This document shows positions 1 through 7,344 of a stretch of DNA of 11,278 nt, piece after piece. Within the stretch, counting starts at the first letter, position 1, and each line of letters begins with the position of its first letter. The notes under the pieces are model-generated. The model saw nothing but the letters and a program-made list of their open reading frames with translations, was not told where the DNA came from and searched no databases. The translations under genes and the position numbers were made by a program. Origin of the DNA: Candidatus Heimdallarchaeota archaeon (GTDB lineage Archaea; Asgardarchaeota; Heimdallarchaeia; Heimdallarchaeales; Heimdallarchaeaceae); NCBI GenBank assembly GCA_030668875.1, contig DAOVER010000074.1, positions 1 through 11,278 of the forward strand, written 5' to 3'.

Positions 1-15
1 ATAGAGCACTTGCAC
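1..15 (-). CDS. Possible first five codons (MQVLY, GTG start) of an IS110-family transposase, running off the window
   Basis: GTG at 15-13 with AGGAGG at 30-25; frame open to position 1. Too short to confirm. Confidence 0.3.
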
Positions 16-138
16 ACTCCGCTTCCTCCTACCCCTGATCATGAACCTCATGATTCTTCCCCTCAACGCACGTGAGGGGACCCACTTAAACGACGGTCAG
101 AATGCTTCTTGCAAGTTTGACCAAGTTTCATAACGTGC
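1..138 (-). mobile_element. Candidate left (non-coding) end of an IS110-family insertion sequence, truncated by the window edge
   Basis: Homology of the downstream gene to its paralog (7925..9868) stops at nt 139. Nt 1-138 are 50% GC (69/138) against an AT-rich host and contain three hairpins (38-54, 58-80, about 94-123). On the minus strand, AGGAGG (25-30) lies 9 nt before GTG-CAA-GTG-CTC-TAT (MQVLY), open to the edge, which resembles the N-termini of some IS110 transposases (M-x-V-L-Y-x-x-C-x-G-L-D-V-H-K, from recall). No TGT/TG-type terminal repeat at the junction. Foreign inserted DNA is well supported; the family call rests on only 5 codons. Confidence 0.45.
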
Positions 139-750
139 GTATTAACTGCCAGTCCATTCTGGATGGGCATTGGTATCATTGACGGAGTTGAACAAGATCT
201 AGACATCGAAACATTCAATGTTCGTGTTATTTCTGATATTTCAGCTGATTTAGCAGAATTCAAGGCTGGTAAATTAGACTGGACAAGTCTAACTGCCTTC
301 CCATCTGAAAGAAAGCAAATGCAAGCAGATCCAAGATTTGAAGTACAAAGTTTTGTTGGTGCATCAATGACTTTCATGTTCATAAACATGAGAAGACCTT
401 TCATAGGTGGTGTTGATAATTTCAAATATCTTACCGTTCCTGGTAAAGAGGAATACACCAAAGCAGTAGCAGTTCGTAAAGCAATGTGTTATGCAGTCGA
501 TCGTGACGAGATAAACCAGGTTATTCATGATGGTGAGTACTTAATCTCCCATAGTGTAATCTATCCATACACAGCTTACTACTACTACAATGACATTCTC
601 AAATACAACCGTGATCTTGGTGCAGCCGTAGAATGGTTAAATGCTGCAGGATACTTCCCAGACATTACTGAAGTTCATGTACCTCTTTTTGGTATCTTAG
701 CAGCTATCGGTGCAGCATCTTTCATAGTATTCTTTAAAAGAAAGAAATAA
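139..750 (+). pseudogene. 3' portion of a family-5 (OppA/DppA-like) ABC solute-binding protein gene, interrupted upstream by inserted DNA; C-terminal TM anchor plus basic tail
   Basis: ORF 163..750 matches residues 453-647 of the protein at 7925..9868 (about 161/195 identical by manual count). Homology extends upstream to VLTASPFW (nt 139, paralog V445), then breaks, with an in-frame TGA at 118-120. The ATG at 163 is an internal Met. Confidence 0.85.
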
Positions 751-775
751 TTTTTCTTTTTCTTTTTCCTTTTTC
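751..775 (+). terminator. Archaeal oligo-T terminator tract (TTTTTC)3-C-TTTTTC
   Basis: Directly follows the TAA of the SBP fragment; a near-identical tract follows the paralog's stop codon. Confidence 0.7.
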
Positions 776-880
776 TATTTATTCTATCTTCAGCTTGATA
801 TATTCGCATCAAAATCTACAAACCTCGAATATTCCCAAAGACAAGTCTTTTATTCAAGTAGCGATATCACCTATTCAATA

Positions 881-1813
881 ATGCAAGAAGATGTAGAAGC
901 GGTTCTGGAGAGGCAAACTGTTATAGGAAAATTTCTAGACAGATTAAACTATCGTACACTTCGCCAGATATACACAATAATGAACAGTTTACTTAGTTCT
1001 ATAGACCGCTTTCTAAGTTCGAATGAAGATAGTTTACATAATATGAGATCAACTCTCCTATCTTCTATGTCACTTCTTGCTCGAACCTTTTATCAAACAT
1101 CAATAGTTGATTATCTACGGTCAGGAGGGAAAACTGAACGTGAGTTTAAAGAGGAAATCGAAAGAGCTTACTTGAAGGGAATGAATGAAAGGGAGCTAAT
1201 TGTTCAGAAGACGATAAATAATATGACCAGAGCAAATGAGTTGTTTAAGGTAAAAGAAGAAGTCAATAATAGGTGGCAAAATCTCTACTATCAAACCTCA
1301 CCAGAACTTAAAACAGAGCAAAACATTAGACAGAATCTATCCCTTGTTCTATCCAAACAAGATGAGTATAATGAATTATACAAGCCTAATATCTCAGAGT
1401 TAGAAGAATATCAAAACCAGAAAGATCTAATTAGCCAAGTCACTGATCTTTCCTACGAAGCAATAGATCTTGCAGATAAAGCTCAAATGACATTACACGA
1501 ACTATTAGATATCTGTATTAATCCTTTAGTTATGATTTTTGAGGACGAGATTAGTAGTGCAGAGAAAATCATAGCACAAATACAAATCGGAAATGAAAAA
1601 TCGAAGGATAAGTTAAGTGAAGATGAGATAGGGAAGTTGTGTGATGTGCTGTCTTGGGGGTTAGATGATATTAACAATTATGATGAATTGACTAGATTAG
1701 GAAAGGAATTAAGAAATGAGTTTGCCTCCTTGCTATCTGATTTTTTGGTTTATCTTGTTGATATTGACCTCGGTATTCAAGAACTAGAATCATTCCAATT
1801 AGAACGTGCATAA
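881..1813 (+). CDS. Hypothetical protein, 310 aa, predicted all-alpha/coiled-coil, soluble
   Basis: Long ORF with host-like composition, E/K/L/Q-rich with amphipathic helical patterning, no TM segment, no motif I recognise. Confidence 0.8.
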   Translation: MQEDVEAVLERQTVIGKFLDRLNYRTLRQIYTIMNSLLSSIDRFLSSNEDSLHNMRSTLLSSMSLLARTFYQTSIVDYLRSGGKTEREFKEEIERAYLKGMNERELIVQKTINNMTRANELFKVKEEVNNRWQNLYYQTSPELKTEQNIRQNLSLVLSKQDEYNELYKPNISELEEYQNQKDLISQVTDLSYEAIDLADKAQMTLHELLDICINPLVMIFEDEISSAEKIIAQIQIGNEKSKDKLSEDEIGKLCDVLSWGLDDINNYDELTRLGKELRNEFASLLSDFLVYLVDIDLGIQELESFQLERA

Positions 1814-1850
1814 TAGTGATATGTGTTTGAAGGAAGGATTTTTAATTCTA

Positions 1851-2360
1851 ATGAACAATGAAGAAGTAATGAGCTACGATTTGTTCCTTAGCAGAGACTA
1901 CATGATTTTTTCAAGTGCTCACTTCGTAGTAGGAGAAAAATTTATCGAATCCTTGCATGGTCATAATTATAAAATCCTCATCAATATTTATGGCAATCAG
2001 GATGAGGAGAATATGATCCTAAATTTCTATGATATAAAGAAAGTACTCAAGCCCATAGTTGATAGATTGGATCATAAGGTTCTAATCCCAGAAGATAACA
2101 AACAACTTGAAATCACGGTATCAGGAAAACAAGTAATCATCAAGGTATCTAATTATGATAAAGAGTATGAGTTTCCCAAATCTGATGTTATTATACTCCC
2201 AATTGAGAATACAACAGTAGAAGAAATAAGCCGTTACTTAGCTGATAAATTAATGTGGAACAAGGAGATTAAAAAAGAAAATATTGATCAAGTTACTGTA
2301 ACTGTTTTTGAGTATGAGGGACAAGGAGTGACCTTTGAATTATTTCCTAGATACGAATAG
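1851..2360 (+). CDS. 6-pyruvoyl-tetrahydropterin synthase/QueD-fold protein with PTPS-III-type motif (E-x-L-HGH, no catalytic Cys)
   Basis: FSSAH...ESLHGHNY, LDHKVL, NTTVEEI and terminal VTVFE motifs of the PTPS/QueD family. Start uncertain: GTG 1806 overlaps the upstream gene; ATG 1851 or 1869 is more likely. Confidence 0.88.
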   Translation: MNNEEVMSYDLFLSRDYMIFSSAHFVVGEKFIESLHGHNYKILINIYGNQDEENMILNFYDIKKVLKPIVDRLDHKVLIPEDNKQLEITVSGKQVIIKVSNYDKEYEFPKSDVIILPIENTTVEEISRYLADKLMWNKEIKKENIDQVTVTVFEYEGQGVTFELFPRYE

Positions 2361-2368
2361 GGTTTAGA

Positions 2369-3130
2369 TTAAACAGCATAATTTGATATTCTATTGTTTT
2401 TGTTTAAACACCAATTGATAATTGATTTTGCTATAGTGAACTTCTTTATTTTTCTTTCTAATTGAACTTGATTAATTTTAGAGGCTTTGGAATACTTTCC
2501 AATAGATTCACTAAAATCATATCCAATTAGATGGATAGAGTGTGCTTCAAAGTAAGTCGCTAAACAAATAGCTCTGTCTCCATCAGTGAATCCTAAGAAA
2601 TTGTAGGAACCCTGTAATGGATTGCCTTGAGTTGTAAAAACAAATTCTCCATCACTAAATGCTGTAATGTTCTCTTCAACGGTTTCAATATTATCCTCAT
2701 GCACATGAACCAATACTGTTGCGCCTCTGTTCTGAGCTTCTATTTGATCCTCGATTCTCCCATCTAAATCTGTAACTATTAAATCGGGTATAACATTCTG
2801 TGAGATAAGATATGACGTTGCCCCATCTGAGGAAATCATGAAATCAGCTTTAGTTTTATCTGACTTCAAATACAAGTCAAGCTCAGATTCTAGATATATC
2901 CCAGGAGCGATAGTAAGGATGTTTTTTCCCTTGATTTTCTGTTCTAGAACTTCCTTAGATATATTGCTTGTAAACTTTTGCAATATCCTTTGAAGTGCAT
3001 TAAGATCCCTTTTTTCATCTATATCCAGATATTCACATATCAAAGGGTACCATTTCTCTAACCAAATGGATAAGCTAAATTTGCTTTTTTCTAGATGAGA
3101 AAATGGAGAATTTTTTGTATTAAACATCAT
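2369..3130 (-). CDS. mptE: 6-hydroxymethyl-7,8-dihydropterin pyrophosphokinase (archaeal MptE, DUF115-type)
   Basis: Motifs SDGAT..L, PDLIVTDLDG, HVHEDN (canonical HAHGDN), TTQ..P, NFLGFTDGDRA (canonical NFGGFTDGDRA), LIGYDF. Confidence 0.88.
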   Translation of the reverse strand: MMFNTKNSPFSHLEKSKFSLSIWLEKWYPLICEYLDIDEKRDLNALQRILQKFTSNISKEVLEQKIKGKNILTIAPGIYLESELDLYLKSDKTKADFMISSDGATSYLISQNVIPDLIVTDLDGRIEDQIEAQNRGATVLVHVHEDNIETVEENITAFSDGEFVFTTQGNPLQGSYNFLGFTDGDRAICLATYFEAHSIHLIGYDFSESIGKYSKASKINQVQLERKIKKFTIAKSIINWCLNKNNRISNYAV

Positions 3131-4922
3131 CTTCTAATTCCTCTATAGTTACCTTGCGCTTACTTTGAAGTTCTGTAAGTGCATTTTCATAACAGTCTTC
3201 AATATCTCTGAAGGTTACGAGACCCACAACTTTCAAAGCGTCTTCTTTTGAAACTACAGGCAGATATTCGATGTGATAATCCGTTAGTTTATCAAAAACC
3301 GTAGACAGCGTTTCATCTTCATTAACCGTTATAACATTTCTAGTCATTGCTTCATGGATATACATTTTACTTCTCGCAAATCCGCTCTGAAAATCTGTTG
3401 CACTAATTATACCTGCAAGATTCTTTTCATCATCTATAACAACGATAGCACTAATTCTGTGTAGTTTTAGTAAGGAGTAGGATTCTTCAAGTAAATCATA
3501 ATGTTTTACTCTTGGAAATTTTGTTTTCATGGAATCTTTAACGTTGAGTGTTTCTAAAAGATCGGTATATTGAATCTTTCTTCGCAGTAAAATTTCCTTA
3601 CTTTCAATTTGTCCTCTATAAAGACTGAAATCCATTGAAATAATGAACGCCATAGTATTTGATAAGATGATTGGGATGACTAAATTTGGGAAACCCACCA
3701 TTTCAAGAACTAAAATCATGGAAGCAATTGGGGTTTTTGTGGTGGCTGTGTGCATTGTTGACATACCAACAACAATCAATGCTATTGCCAAGGTGTTGTC
3801 TAAATTAAATATACATGAATACAGAAAACCAAGTGCTGCTCCAGTTACCAGTGTTGGACCCATAACGCCTGCACTATTACCAAAACCAATACAAGTGGAC
3901 GTTACAAGAATTTTACCCAAGAGTAGAACCAGAACAAATTGTATGCTGATTTCACCAAAGTTATCTATTAAATGGTTTATTGAGTTAAAACCTATGCCTT
4001 CTAAAACAACGCCTTCAGGCATATAGAATGTATCAACGAAGAAAACAACAATTGCAGTTAACATCATTCCTATTAAAGGCAAGAGAAAAGCTTTGAGGTA
4101 TTTTGAAACCCATTCTGAGAAAAGTTTGAACAATAATGAGAACATGATGCCTAGAAAACCAGCAATAATACCTAGTAACAAGAAATGTAGAGAACTGGAG
4201 AAGGATAACTCAAATTGAATATTTCCTAGTTCTAGATAGATTGGAGTAGCAGAAAGAAAACTAATCGAAGAGATCAAATTTAGAAGAGAATCATAAATAA
4301 TAAGAGAGATAGCACTAGCAAGGAGAGCTGGAAGAAATACAGTTTCATCTAAGTCACGCTTATATGGAACTTCTGTAGCAAAGACTGTTCCACCTAGAGG
4401 AGCACGAAATACTGCTGCTGTACATGCTGCTGCACCAATAGTAATTGCGTGCATTTCATCTTCTTGAGTCATGCCAAATTTATCACCTATAACGGCTGAA
4501 GCTGTACTACCTATTGTAACAGAAGGACCTTCTCGTCCAGCTGGTGCACTTACTCCAAGAGTCATGATACTAGCAAAGAATTTCGTGAAAATTGTTCTTG
4601 GTTTCATAGGAGTGGTAGTATTCTTATGAGATAGAACATGGGATATACCAGCACCTTTAACCTCATTAAAACCCGCATATATGAGTAGACTTGTGATTCC
4701 TCCAACAAGAGGGTATTTTATGTAAATGGGTATAACTGTCAACCAATTCTGAAGATTTACTACTAAACTAGTAAATATTGCCATAATGATTCCACTGATT
4801 ATTCCAATAAGAATTGAGAATGGAAACCATTTTCGAGAATATTTCCAATATTTTCTTATTTGTCTCTTGAATCGATTCCGTAGCTGCATAGAATCTGTAG
4901 GTTTAAGTTTTTCTTCTGCCAC
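3120..4922 (-). CDS. CLC-family chloride channel/H+:anion antiporter with C-terminal CBS pair
   Basis: GAGIS (GSGIP-like), GREGP, FRAPLGG.VFATE, GVMGP and LYRGQI motifs; many TM helices; two CBS domains (DSMKTKFPRV..., EAMTRNVITV...). GTG start; 3' end overlaps the mptE start by 11 nt. Confidence 0.95.
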   Translation of the reverse strand: MAEEKLKPTDSMQLRNRFKRQIRKYWKYSRKWFPFSILIGIISGIIMAIFTSLVVNLQNWLTVIPIYIKYPLVGGITSLLIYAGFNEVKGAGISHVLSHKNTTTPMKPRTIFTKFFASIMTLGVSAPAGREGPSVTIGSTASAVIGDKFGMTQEDEMHAITIGAAACTAAVFRAPLGGTVFATEVPYKRDLDETVFLPALLASAISLIIYDSLLNLISSISFLSATPIYLELGNIQFELSFSSSLHFLLLGIIAGFLGIMFSLLFKLFSEWVSKYLKAFLLPLIGMMLTAIVVFFVDTFYMPEGVVLEGIGFNSINHLIDNFGEISIQFVLVLLLGKILVTSTCIGFGNSAGVMGPTLVTGAALGFLYSCIFNLDNTLAIALIVVGMSTMHTATTKTPIASMILVLEMVGFPNLVIPIILSNTMAFIISMDFSLYRGQIESKEILLRRKIQYTDLLETLNVKDSMKTKFPRVKHYDLLEESYSLLKLHRISAIVVIDDEKNLAGIISATDFQSGFARSKMYIHEAMTRNVITVNEDETLSTVFDKLTDYHIEYLPVVSKEDALKVVGLVTFRDIEDCYENALTELQSKRKVTIEELEDDV

Positions 4923-4942
4923 AACAGTAAATTTATCATGCT

Positions 4943-4958
4943 AATTTAAACTTTATTT
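4943..4958 (-). promoter_or_regulatory. Possible BRE/TATA promoter for the CLC-mptE operon
   Basis: Minus strand AAATAAAG-TTTAAATT lies about 21-28 nt upstream of the GTG at 4922; the region is AT-rich, so support is weak. Confidence 0.3.
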
Positions 4959-5151
4959 GTTTTCAACTAGAAATTTACTTTTCTACCTTCAAAAACAATA
5001 ATAAATGTTTAACTTGAAGGTATACTAAAAAACAGATTGTCCTCATAGCAAAAACTGTATGTATATTGGTATTTCAGCAAAAATATACATTGTTTAGAGT
5101 TAAATGTATGTGAAATCTGTTAATAAAAGAATTTAAAGAGATATTGAAGGA

Positions 5152-7302
5152 ATGATGATGATAGGATTAGTATTTGCTAAAAAGAAAAGCATGTTTTGTT
5201 TCATAATTTTTGTATTGTTTGCTTCTATAATGTTTAATCAAACACAAGTAGATTCATCTGTGTTGAATGAGAACAATTATTCTTCAGAATCACTAAAAAC
5301 AATATACATAGAAGATCAAAGCAGACAGATTTTCTTGCCTACTGATTATGAATATCCATATTCAACTTTAGTTCTTGATTTTAATGATGACAAAGTTCTG
5401 GAAACAGTTGTAGTAGGAACGATGAAAGAGAGTGTAGGGAAGGCGATATTCCTTATTCGGAATGAAAACATAGTCTCAGGATGGCCATTAGAACTTTATT
5501 GGGATGTAGATTATATTGAAATACTAGGAGAAGTAAGTCTACCAGGTGATCCTGATGAGGGGGTTGCTTTCCGCTACACAGAATTAATTGGAGATAATCC
5601 TCAAGAAACATTTTTCATAGTTACTGAAAATGGAGACATATATGCACCTTTTGGATTTACCTTACCTGGCTCTTTTGCGCCTGGAACCATTTTTCATGAT
5701 ATAAATGACGATGGAGATAAGGAGTTTATTATAGTTCGTACAGATGGTTACATATTTTCTTTGACAAGTGAAGGAAATAATATAACAAACTGGCCAATGC
5801 AAGTTAATGATTCTATAGTTTTCAATCAACCAGTAGTTGAGGATATCAATTATGATAATGAGTTTGATATCATTGTCTGTACAGATAGGGGGATGATATA
5901 TGCTTGGAATCAGAATGGGACATTAGTTGATAATTTTCCACGAAATCTCTCTCTATTCTATCCAGAGGATGAAGAGATAAGAACTATGCCTATTGTGGAT
6001 GATTTTGATAATGATGGGAAAATGGAACTTTTTGCAGCTTCGACATCTAGTTTTATTTATGGGATTTCACTTGACCCATATACTAACAAAACTTGGGATG
6101 CACCAATTCTAGCCAATGTTTACTATATTCAAGGAATTGCATATGATTTAGATAATGATGGAAAGAAAGAGGTTATTCAACAATCATCATACGGAATAAA
6201 TGTTTTCTCTGTCGGTTCAGAGTTGGAAGAAGTTTTTTCATTTTACAGCGAGGCGAATTTTTATGGCACACCAGCTGTAGCCGATATTGACGGGGATAAT
6301 TTTCCAGAAATTATTATTTCAAACAGTATCTATATCTATATTTTGGAACATGATGGACAAATAAAGGAACGAATAGATAGCTGGTTTCTCTATTCTGACC
6401 AGAACTCTCCTTTAATTTATGATATAGATAATGACAGAGAAGTAGAAATCGTACGATTAAGTCAGAGAGGGTTAATCCTTATTGAAGAAACAAATGATTA
6501 TGGGTTAGCTCCATGGATAGACATACTTGGTTCTTCAACTCATACAACAAATTTTGATCAAGACAACGATGGTCTCTGGGATCATGAAGAAGAGATTTTA
6601 GGAACAGACATGTACAATAGCGACTCTGATGGTGATACTGTAAATGATGGGGATGAAATTAATCAATATTTGCTGGATCCATTGGTTCCAGACATCGATA
6701 GCGATACAGATGAAGACGGAATTTCAAATATAGAAGAGATTGATATTTATCATTCAAATGTTGAGAACCCAGATACCGATTTTGATGGTTTAAACGACTG
6801 GGATGAGGTTAATGTATACAACACCAACTTGTTATCCTCTGACACTGATGAAGACGGTTTATCTGACGATTATGAGATTCTCTATGACTTTTTAGACCCC
6901 AATAATCCCGATGACGCTCTTCAAGATTATGACGAAGATAATCTAAGCAATCTAGACGAAAGAAGTTGGGGATGTGACCCTGGCAATCCAGATACAGATG
7001 GTGACGGCTTATTAGATGGGGATGAAGTAAAACGCTACTTCACAAATCCACTATTTAGTGATGCAGAAGCAGATTATGATGGAGATGGCCTCACTAATGT
7101 AGAAGAAGTAGATATTCATGGGACAGATCCTTCGAACCCAGATACGGATGGGGATGGTTATGATGATGGGGTTGAGGTTGAGAATGGTTCTGATCCTCTT
7201 GATGAAAATAGTATCCCAACAGATACAGCCTCTTTCTACTTTGTAGGATTAGTTTTGGTTGTTCCTGTAATTGGAGTAATTTACAGAAAATTAAAGAGAT
7301 AA
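5152..7302 (+). CDS. Cell-surface Ca2+-binding protein: signal/TM N-terminus, FG-GAP/VCBS-like beta-propeller, TSP3-like repeats, C-terminal TM plus basic tail
   Basis: KKK plus hydrophobic N-terminus; seven D-x-[DN]-x-D-x-x-x-[ED] loops; nine D-x-D-x-D-[GTN] repeats; ends FYFVGLVLVVPVIGVIYRKLKR. Confidence 0.9.
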   Translation: MMMIGLVFAKKKSMFCFIIFVLFASIMFNQTQVDSSVLNENNYSSESLKTIYIEDQSRQIFLPTDYEYPYSTLVLDFNDDKVLETVVVGTMKESVGKAIFLIRNENIVSGWPLELYWDVDYIEILGEVSLPGDPDEGVAFRYTELIGDNPQETFFIVTENGDIYAPFGFTLPGSFAPGTIFHDINDDGDKEFIIVRTDGYIFSLTSEGNNITNWPMQVNDSIVFNQPVVEDINYDNEFDIIVCTDRGMIYAWNQNGTLVDNFPRNLSLFYPEDEEIRTMPIVDDFDNDGKMELFAASTSSFIYGISLDPYTNKTWDAPILANVYYIQGIAYDLDNDGKKEVIQQSSYGINVFSVGSELEEVFSFYSEANFYGTPAVADIDGDNFPEIIISNSIYIYILEHDGQIKERIDSWFLYSDQNSPLIYDIDNDREVEIVRLSQRGLILIEETNDYGLAPWIDILGSSTHTTNFDQDNDGLWDHEEEILGTDMYNSDSDGDTVNDGDEINQYLLDPLVPDIDSDTDEDGISNIEEIDIYHSNVENPDTDFDGLNDWDEVNVYNTNLLSSDTDEDGLSDDYEILYDFLDPNNPDDALQDYDEDNLSNLDERSWGCDPGNPDTDGDGLLDGDEVKRYFTNPLFSDAEADYDGDGLTNVEEVDIHGTDPSNPDTDGDGYDDGVEVENGSDPLDENSIPTDTASFYFVGLVLVVPVIGVIYRKLKR
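5374..6453 (+). repeat. Seven FG-GAP/VCBS-like Ca2+-loop repeats (protein level)
   Basis: LDFNDDKVLE, HDINDDGDKE, EDINYDNEFD, DDFDNDGKME, YDLDNDGKKE, ADIDGDNFPE, YDIDNDREVE, each followed by a hydrophobic strand. Confidence 0.8.
6556..7203 (+). repeat. Nine bacterial thrombospondin type-3-like repeats (protein level)
   Basis: DQDNDG, DSDGDT, DTDEDG, DTDFDG, DTDEDG, DYDEDN, DTDGDG, DYDGDG, DTDGDG, each followed by L-x-[DN]-x-x-E and a T[DN]P-like element. Confidence 0.85.
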
Positions 7303-7344
7303 TTTACATTGCTGAAACTAACAGATAAGAGATGAGATATTAAG

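Larger units (their letters stand above)
139..775. repeat. Long imperfect inverted repeat with 7895..8536 (paralogous SBP 3' halves plus terminator tracts)
   Basis: Reverse complement of 8536-7925 aligns colinearly with 139-750, including perfect blocks 287-353 (= 8388-8322, 67 nt) and 496-551 (56 nt). Confidence 0.95.

Noticed and set aside
55-85. CCCCTCAACGCACGTGAGGGG hairpin resembling a type I-E CRISPR repeat
   Set aside because: Single copy, no spacers, no cas genes.
93-99. TGACCGT (element orientation) as a possible right-target guide predicting host codons x-TG ACC GTA
   Set aside because: It fits the paralog's V-T-V but lies in a predicted stem, and the true right flank is not in the window, so it cannot be supported.
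1-138. 5' end of a group II intron on the minus strand
   Set aside because: The junction reads GCACG, not GUGYG, and no convincing domain I fold could be built; disfavoured but not fully excluded.
63-461. Minus-strand ORF (132 aa), similar to the ORF at 8217..8558
   Set aside because: Both are antisense shadows of the two SBP paralogs, which explains their similarity; this one also crosses the insertion junction.
816-872. Minus-strand AGGTGAT followed by a TTG-started 13-aa ORF (MNKRLVFGNIRGL)
   Set aside because: Too short and without homology support; it lies antisense to the likely promoter of the 881 gene and may be chance.
1811-1819. Three different stop codons in tandem (TAA TAG TGA)
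   Set aside because: Plausible by chance in AT-rich DNA; no other sign of recoding or read-through.
1806-2360. Annotation as canonical queD with a start at 1806
   Set aside because: The catalytic Cys of C-x3-HGH is absent, and the GTG at 1806 overlaps the upstream gene and adds a non-homologous extension.
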